Assembly (NCBI GenBank): GCA_038045705.1
Contig: JBBSXO010000003.1
Location: 150,949 to 214,948 of the forward strand
DNA: 64,000 bases
Direction: 5' to 3'
Source: Nanobdellota archaeon
GTDB lineage: Archaea > Nanobdellota > Nanobdellia > Pacearchaeales > GW2011-AR1
Of the stretch, positions 57,853 to 64,000 are shown in pieces. Within the stretch, counting starts at the first letter, position 1. Each line of letters begins with the position of its first letter. Both the position numbers and the translations under genes were made by a program. The notes under the pieces were generated by a model that had not been told where the DNA came from, made no database searches, and saw only the letters and a list, made by a program, of their open reading frames with translations.

Positions 57853-60315
57853 TTACTCAATATAAATTCCAGGCTTTCCAGGTTTAGACTTACTACTTTT
57901 TCCTTGAGGATCATATTTCTTTGTATCATTTACGGCAAAAACAGATACCTCAATCCCAAGACGTTTTTCTAATATCTCCTTATCAAATAGCTTAACTTCT
58001 GGAGGAATAGCATAAAGATAAACATGAGATGGATCTTTTTTAGTCTTATCTTTAACAATTTTCAAAACATTCTGCACATCAGAAACAGTTCTCTCAAAAC
58101 TTTCTTCATCCTTATCTATAGATTCATTTATCTTGCTATTATCAGCAGTAGGCCATTTACTATTGCTTACAAATGTATCATATCCCAAAATATTATGCCA
58201 TAACTCTTCAGAAATATGAGGTGCAAATGGAGACAAAAGCTGTAAAGCTATAGCAAAATCAGCCTTATCAATTTCATCTTCAAAATTATCAAAAAGAGCA
58301 CGTAGTTTAATTACTGCCATATTATAATTAATATCTTTAATATCATCTCCAATCTCAATTATTGATTTATTAATCTTATGTTGAATTCTAGGAGAAGATT
58401 TTCCAAATTTAATATTATGGGTATAATTCCAAACTCTCTGGATAAATCGATACATTGATTCAATTCCAGTAGAACTCCATGAAAAATCTTTGTCAGGAGA
58501 AGCAACGCTCATAAGAAATAAACGTAATGTATCCGAACCATATTTCTTCGTCATATCAAGTGGATCTACTCCATTACCTCGAGATTTAGACATCACAAAA
58601 CCATCTTCACCATGAAGCATACCTTGGTTAAATAAACGAGGGAAAGGCTCATTTATGTTTAAGTAACCCATATCGCGAAGAGCCTTTGTAAAGAAGCGAG
58701 CATAAATCAAATGCATACAAGCATGTTCAGCCCCACCACTGTAAAAGTCAACAGGCATCCAGTAGCTAATATTATCAACACTTAAAGGAAGTTTATCGTT
58801 TTTTGAATCAGTAAATCTAAGATAATACCAACTACTATCAAAGAAAGTATCCATTGTATCTGTTTCACGTCTTGCTACATTTCCACATTTAGGGCATTTG
58901 GTCTTGACAAATTTCTCATTTGTAAGCAAAGGATTCCCTTTTCCGAAAGTAACTTTATCAGGAAGTAAAACAGGCAAATCTTTTTCTTCTACAGGTACAA
59001 CCCCGCAACCATCACAATAAATTATAGGAATTGGAGTTCCCCAATATCTCTGTCTAGAGATTAACCAATCACGTAATTTATATTGAGTTATAGGTCCACC
59101 AAGTTTCTTCTCTTTAAGCCATATCTGAATATGTTTAATTGCTTCCTCACTTGTAAGTCCGTTAAATGACTCGGAATTAGTTAAAACACCGTAGTCTGTA
59201 AAAGCTCTTTCCTTATGAGTTTGACTTTTTTCCGGTTTAATTACATGCACAAAACCAATTTTGTATTTTTTAGCAAACTCAAAGTCACGTTGGTCGTGAG
59301 CAGGTACAGCCATTACAACTCCAGATCCATAATCAGCAACCACAAAATTTCCTGTCCAAATAGGGATCTTCTTTCCAGTCAAAGGATGAATTGCATAACT
59401 TCCAGTAAATACGCCTTCCTTCTCTAATTTATCCAGATCTTCTTGTTTAGTACTCTTAATCTTCTTCATAAAATGATCAACATCTTTTTTTTGTTCTTTT
59501 GTAACAATTTCAGAAAGCCTAGAATGTTGAGCACTTATAACTAAGAAAGTAACTCCAAATAAAGTATCTACTCTAGTTGTAAAAACAGGCCACTTCTCTC
59601 CATTTATTTCAAATAATACTTCGCTTCCTTCACTTTTACCAATCCAATTTCTTTGCATTGATTTAATTCTTTCAGGCCAATCAAGAGCATCCACATCTTT
59701 CAAAAGTTCTTCAGCATATCTAGTAGTCCTAACAAACCACTGTTCCAAATGCTTAACCGTAACATCAGTATCTCCATGTCTCCAGCACTTACCATCATGA
59801 ACTTGCTCATTTGCCAAAACACTCTCACACTTCTCGCACCAATTTACAGGAGAAGCTTTTCTATATACAAGACCCTTCTTCAAAAATTGTAAAAAGAAGT
59901 ACTGATTCCATTTGTAATAATTAGGATCATGACTTTGTAGATTTCTACTCCAATCATAACTAATTCCCAAAGTTTGTAATTGAATAATAAATCTCTTTAT
60001 TGCAGTTTCAGTATACTTTCTGGGATGAGCTCCCTCTTTAATCGCAGCATTTTCAGCAGGCAACCCAAAACTATCAAATCCCATTGGATGCAAAACAGAC
60101 TTTCCATTCATACGCATATATCTAGATAAAATATCAGGAATAATATACTGAAATGCATGACCCATATGTAACCCATTGGCTGAAGGGTAAGGATACATTG
60201 CTAAAGTATAGTATTTCTCTTTCTTATCATCTTCTTTAGCCTCAAAGACCTTAGCTTTTTCCCACTCTTTCTGCCATTTTTTATCAATAGAAGAAAAGTT
60301 AACAGATTTCATCAT
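57853..60315 (-). CDS. leuS: leucyl-tRNA synthetase, bacterial type
   Basis: MYPYPS..HMGH, GFDSFGLPAENAA, MQRNWIG, DWLISRQRYWG, MSKS. Confidence 0.96.
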   Translation of the reverse strand: MMKSVNFSSIDKKWQKEWEKAKVFEAKEDDKKEKYYTLAMYPYPSANGLHMGHAFQYIIPDILSRYMRMNGKSVLHPMGFDSFGLPAENAAIKEGAHPRKYTETAIKRFIIQLQTLGISYDWSRNLQSHDPNYYKWNQYFFLQFLKKGLVYRKASPVNWCEKCESVLANEQVHDGKCWRHGDTDVTVKHLEQWFVRTTRYAEELLKDVDALDWPERIKSMQRNWIGKSEGSEVLFEINGEKWPVFTTRVDTLFGVTFLVISAQHSRLSEIVTKEQKKDVDHFMKKIKSTKQEDLDKLEKEGVFTGSYAIHPLTGKKIPIWTGNFVVADYGSGVVMAVPAHDQRDFEFAKKYKIGFVHVIKPEKSQTHKERAFTDYGVLTNSESFNGLTSEEAIKHIQIWLKEKKLGGPITQYKLRDWLISRQRYWGTPIPIIYCDGCGVVPVEEKDLPVLLPDKVTFGKGNPLLTNEKFVKTKCPKCGNVARRETDTMDTFFDSSWYYLRFTDSKNDKLPLSVDNISYWMPVDFYSGGAEHACMHLIYARFFTKALRDMGYLNINEPFPRLFNQGMLHGEDGFVMSKSRGNGVDPLDMTKKYGSDTLRLFLMSVASPDKDFSWSSTGIESMYRFIQRVWNYTHNIKFGKSSPRIQHKINKSIIEIGDDIKDINYNMAVIKLRALFDNFEDEIDKADFAIALQLLSPFAPHISEELWHNILGYDTFVSNSKWPTADNSKINESIDKDEESFERTVSDVQNVLKIVKDKTKKDPSHVYLYAIPPEVKLFDKEILEKRLGIEVSVFAVNDTKKYDPQGKSSKSKPGKPGIYIE

Positions 60316-60336
60316 ATAATCTAAAAAACTATGGAT

Positions 60337-60387
60337 TTAAAACTTGTGCCAGAAGGCAAGTTTTAAGCCTGTGAATCTCAATTCACA
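60337..60387. repeat. two perfect inverted repeats between divergent leuS and mgtE
   Basis: TTAAAACTTG-N10-CAAGTTTTAA (60337-60366) and TGTGAAT-CTCA-ATTCACA (60370-60387). Confidence 0.6.
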
Positions 60388-60419
60388 ACGTTTAAAACTT
60401 TCCAGAACCATTCCAATGC

Positions 60420-61403
60420 ATGAAAAAGAGTGCTTCCCTATTATCAATACCTGTAAGAGATGTAATGGACAGAGCTTTCTTAACAGTTAGAAAAAATCAA
60501 AGGGTTGCAGAAATTTATGATTTACTAAGAAAAAAATCAAACCTCTTCGAAGTAATGGACTATATTTACGTTGTAGAATCAGAAAAAAAGCTAATTGGAG
60601 TTTTTTCAATTAAAGATATATTCAGATTCCATGCAAAAACACCAGTAGAAGCATTTATGCAAAAAAAAGTAGTTACAGCTTCGGCAAAAACTGAAACAGA
60701 AAAAGTCGCCCATATTGCACTTAAGCATGGAATAAAAGCAGTTCCAATAGTAGAAAACGAAAAGATAATAGGAGTAGTTTCAAGCAAAAACATAATAAAA
60801 ATCCTTAATCAATCTTCTACAAAAGACAGTTTTCACTTCGCTGGTATTCATAACTCTCACCTAGACTATGAAAGCACAATGGATGTCCCAATAATGGAAA
60901 GTGTAATCCACAGAGTCCCATGGCTAATAAGTGGTTTAATAGGGATTTTAGCAGTTGCAGCCTTCATAGGAATTTTTGAAAATACCTTAAAGGAAAATCT
61001 TATGCTTGCATTTTTTATTCCAGTAATTGTTTATATTTGCGGAGCATTGTGCACTCAAATAGAAACACTCTTAGTAAGAGACTTAGCGATAATGGGTAAA
61101 GACATGAAAATAAACAGATATATGTTAAAACAAGGAATAATAAGTGTAATAATTGCTTTAATGATTAGTGCATTGCTCTTTCTCACAATATCATCTTTCT
61201 GGCAAGAAAGAGCAATAGCTTCAGTGATAAGTCTAGCAGCTTTTCTATCTCTAACATTAACAACTTTAACATCTTTTATAGTAATTTTAGGTATCAAAAA
61301 GCTAGGTGGAGACCCAGCTTTAGGAGGAGGTCCATTTGGAACAGTAATATCTGACTGTTTAGCCATAGTAGTTTACTTGCTAGTTGCAAATACTTTCCTA
61401 TAA
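60420..61403 (+). CDS. mgtE: magnesium transporter MgtE (CBS pair + membrane domain)
   Basis: YIYVV CBS, RVPWL, FFIPVI, DPALGGGPFGTVISD. Confidence 0.9.
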   Translation: MKKSASLLSIPVRDVMDRAFLTVRKNQRVAEIYDLLRKKSNLFEVMDYIYVVESEKKLIGVFSIKDIFRFHAKTPVEAFMQKKVVTASAKTETEKVAHIALKHGIKAVPIVENEKIIGVVSSKNIIKILNQSSTKDSFHFAGIHNSHLDYESTMDVPIMESVIHRVPWLISGLIGILAVAAFIGIFENTLKENLMLAFFIPVIVYICGALCTQIETLLVRDLAIMGKDMKINRYMLKQGIISVIIALMISALLFLTISSFWQERAIASVISLAAFLSLTLTTLTSFIVILGIKKLGGDPALGGGPFGTVISDCLAIVVYLLVANTFL

Positions 61404-61439
61404 GAATAGCCTTAAATAATAAAAAAATTATATAGCTCT

Positions 61440-61952
61440 ATGATAACAGCATACATCTCAAGCGAAAAAATCCATTCAAGTTCAAGTGAATCTTTTAGTT
61501 TATATGAAAAATCAAGATTTGGAGAGAAAGTTAGAGATAGAATAGAATATTCTTGGGTAGAAGCACTCTTTCTAAACAACAAAAAAAAGTTAATATTCAA
61601 TTTTAAAGGGAATGAAATTAGTTTTGATAAAGCAATACAAATTGCAAAAAAGAATGATAAAAGAATTGAAACAAAATTATCCTTGTTCGAAAATTTAAGA
61701 GAAAAAGGATATCTAGTAAAAACAGCACTTAAATTCGGAGCAGATTTTAGAATTTATAAAAAAGGTGCAAATTTAGGGCAAGACCATGCATTATGGTTAG
61801 CATATGCAGTTAGGGAGTCAGAACCACACACATGGCACGATTTTGCAGCAAAAAACAGAGTTGCTCATTCAACAAAGAAAAAACTCCTTATAGGAATAGT
61901 TGATGATGAAAATGATGTTTTGTATTATGAGATATCTTGGCTAAAACCTTAA
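61440..61952 (+). CDS. endA: tRNA intron endonuclease
   Basis: LREKGYLVKTALKFGADFRIY, catalytic Y/H/K (Y..DHA..RVAHSTKK). Confidence 0.93.
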   Translation: MITAYISSEKIHSSSSESFSLYEKSRFGEKVRDRIEYSWVEALFLNNKKKLIFNFKGNEISFDKAIQIAKKNDKRIETKLSLFENLREKGYLVKTALKFGADFRIYKKGANLGQDHALWLAYAVRESEPHTWHDFAAKNRVAHSTKKKLLIGIVDDENDVLYYEISWLKP

Positions 61953-61993
61953 ATTACAGTAATCTTTATAACAAACACCCTTATCAGACTATC

Positions 61994-62899
61994 ATGCCAG
62001 ATATGCAAAAATTAATGCAAACAAAAGAGCGTATTTTAGAGATAATCAAAGAAAGAGGACCTGAACTACCAGTAAGAGTTGCAAGCACGATAAGTCAAAA
62101 CAATATATTTACGGCAGCATTCATGTCTGAATTAGTAGGTGAGCAAAAATTAAAACTAAGTAATATGAGAGTTGGAGGCTCTCCATTGTATTATATTTCA
62201 GGACAAGAAGAACAATTACAAAAATATACTGAATATCTCAACCATAAAGAAAAAGAAGCTTTCAAATTATTAAAACAAAATGAAATATTGCAAGACAGCG
62301 AACAAGAACCTGCAATCCGAGTAGCTTTAAGAAGCATAAAAGATTTTGCAATCCCTGTAAAAATAATAGATAATAGTCAAGAAAAAATATTCTGGAAAAT
62401 CCATACACTTTCAAATGACAAGACAAAAGAGCTTATAGAAAAAGCAATCACTCCAATAAAACATGAGATAAAACAAGAAATCAAAGAAGAAAAAACTCTA
62501 ATAAAAGAAGAATTAAAACAAATAGAAAAGTCAGAGTCAATAAAATTAGAGCAACAAGTAAAAGAAATCAAAAATAAAGAAGCAAATTCAGACTTCTTAG
62601 ATAAAATAAAGAAAGTAATGTCTGAAAAAGAGTATGAAATAACAAAAGAAATCTTAACAAAAAAGAAAGAATTTACAGCAAAAATAAGATTAAACACTCA
62701 TTTAGGTCAACAAGAACTATATATGGTAGCAAAAGACAAAAAGAAGATAACATTAGATGACATAGTGAGCACATTACAAAAGGCACAAGCAGAAAAGATG
62801 CCAGCATTAATTATCTCCCCAGGAGAAGTAGACAAAAAAGCACTAGATTATTATAAAGAATGGAGTAATTTAATCAAACATCAAAAGTTAGAAATTTAG
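61994..62899 (+). CDS. conserved-looking hypothetical protein (N-terminal wHTH-like, charged linker, C-terminal alpha/beta domain)
   Basis: ILEIIKERGPELP..VGGSPLYY; long ORF with host-like composition. Confidence 0.75.
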   Translation: MPDMQKLMQTKERILEIIKERGPELPVRVASTISQNNIFTAAFMSELVGEQKLKLSNMRVGGSPLYYISGQEEQLQKYTEYLNHKEKEAFKLLKQNEILQDSEQEPAIRVALRSIKDFAIPVKIIDNSQEKIFWKIHTLSNDKTKELIEKAITPIKHEIKQEIKEEKTLIKEELKQIEKSESIKLEQQVKEIKNKEANSDFLDKIKKVMSEKEYEITKEILTKKKEFTAKIRLNTHLGQQELYMVAKDKKKITLDDIVSTLQKAQAEKMPALIISPGEVDKKALDYYKEWSNLIKHQKLEI

Positions 62900-62959
62900 A
62901 AAAAATTACCAAAACTCTCATTCAAAGGCTTTAAAAACCCATATCGCAAAAGCTACAAT

Positions 62960-63208
62960 ATGGGTAGAATAAAACAAATGATGGTTAAAAGAGCTAGCAA
63001 GGAGCTCATTATAAAAGAGCTTACATTTGGCGAAGATTTCAACCCCAATAAAAGAATCCTAGGTTCGACAATGCCAAGTAAAAAGGTAAGAAACAAAATA
63101 GCAGGTTACATTGCCAGATTAAAAAAAGCAGAAAGAATCACAAGAGAAAATCCAGTTATAAAAGTCAGAAAAGAAGAAGACGTTTCTCAAGACACATCAT
63201 ATTCCTAA
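62960..63208 (+). CDS. rps17e: 30S ribosomal protein S17e
   Basis: MGRIK..F..NK..SKKVRNKIAGYI. Confidence 0.95.
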   Translation: MGRIKQMMVKRASKELIIKELTFGEDFNPNKRILGSTMPSKKVRNKIAGYIARLKKAERITRENPVIKVRKEEDVSQDTSYS

Positions 63209-63210
63209 TT

Positions 63211-63411
63211 TTATTTATCAGTAATTTTATCAACCTTAGTTTCTAGACGTTTCAATCTTTTGTTAATTTCCTCAAGCAATAATCTTCTTTTTCGATTATA
63301 ATAAAGAGTTATAGTTTGAACGATAATCCAAATTATAACTAATAATCCAACTGCTTGAACCCAAAGACCTATTTGCCCAAGTTGTAAAACAACATCATCT
63401 ATTACTACCAT
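63211..63411 (-). CDS. small membrane protein (TM + coiled coil)
   Basis: one TM then heptad tail; ATG at 63411 sits 21 nt from a TATA box. Confidence 0.65.
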   Translation of the reverse strand: MVVIDDVVLQLGQIGLWVQAVGLLVIIWIIVQTITLYYNRKRRLLLEEINKRLKRLETKVDKITDK

Positions 63412-63461
63412 CAAAATCAGCAGTAGAGAATCTTTAAAAAAGCTCCCAAGCATCTATTTTC

Positions 63462-63533
63462 GGCTGTGTAGTTCAGTGGAAGAACACAACTCTCATAAGG
63501 TTGGGGTCGGGAGTTCGATTCTCCCCACAGCCA
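63462..63533 (+). tRNA. tRNA with CAT anticodon (elongator Met; Ile2 not excluded), intronless
   Basis: GGCTGTG/CACAGCC acceptor, CAACT-CT CAT AA-GGTTG, GGGAG-TTCGATT-CTCCC; lacks the initiator three G-C pairs. Confidence 0.9.
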
Positions 63534-64000
63534 TTTTATTATTCAAATAATATTGGTATCGAGCCTCATATTTAGGATTAATGAAACCTATAAGTTCTCT
63601 AAACTTTTCAGCATTCCTAGGACCATTTGAAGAGATTACGTAATGAGTTTTTGTTTTTCTAAAGGCCTTTTCATGAATTTTAATGAACTTTCTAGTATAA
63701 CAACTAGCAGAAATTCCATTATTATTCAGATAATCTGTTATTTTACCGAATGCCGTTGGCAAAGCAGCAGTAAAAAACATACGTGGATATTTTCCACTAT
63801 TATTTACAATAGTTAAACAGCCATCTGTAGCAAAAAGCCCAGCTAAAACAAATCTCATTAAATCTTCATCAAAAATAGATGGTATTGGGATGTCTTTCTT
63901 TTTTCCAACAGTAAACCCCAATGATTCAATCTTTGTAAATAATTCTTTAGGTGATTAGTGGAAATACGCACTAAACTCGCCTCCTTACACAAATATCAAA
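63493..64000 (-). pseudogene. LAGLIDADG homing endonuclease-like gene, C-terminal half; upstream part has in-frame stops and leaves the window
   Basis: GFTVGKK..IP..FVLAGLFATDG; same frame upstream reads LIFV*GGEFSAYFH*SPKELFTKIESL; 3' end overlaps the tRNA antisense. Confidence 0.75.

Noticed and set aside
467-62697. Many 60-120 aa ORFs antisense to or nested in long genes (e.g. 467-826, 10803-11066, 26874-27131, 61055-61366, 62377-62697)
   Set aside because: Shadow frames of well-supported genes, with F/S/I-rich composition typical of AT-rich antisense and no motifs.
1-64000. CRISPR array, rRNA, IS element or provirus
   Set aside because: No regularly spaced repeats, long GC-rich structural RNA, transposase, integrase or capsid-like ORFs were recognised.

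Overview
AT-rich (~30% GC by eye), very gene-dense archaeal chromosome segment. Gene content and style (MCM, TBP, TFE, RpoL, aIF-1A, aIF-2beta, GatDE, EndA, S17e, mostly leaderless genes, many ORFans) point to a reduced DPANN archaeon, most like Pacearchaeota/Woesearchaeota (inference). It holds replication/repair genes (mcm, RPA-like, lig, radB, nre, tag, scpB), translation and tRNA genes (aspS, proS, alaS, a bacterial-type leuS, gatA/B/C/D/E, mnmA, dys, endA), ftsZ, three tRNA genes (Asn-GTT with a 24-nt intron, Arg-TCG, Met/Ile2-CAT) and six toxin-antitoxin modules, one decayed. No rRNA, CRISPR array, integrase or transposase was seen. Most notable: (1) each tRNA has a nuclease gene at its 3' end, including an intron-containing tRNA-Asn followed by a free-standing HNH gene (possible intron/endonuclease collaborative homing); (2) an HTH-TM-beta-propeller membrane regulator divergent from a secreted subtilisin; (3) small ORFs missed by the ORF track, including a CC1-like chromatin protein and a 25-aa protamine-like peptide; (4) a methyltransferase split by one in-frame TAG; (5) recurrent single-TATA bidirectional promoters. 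Family calls come from recognising motifs by eye; no database searches were run.
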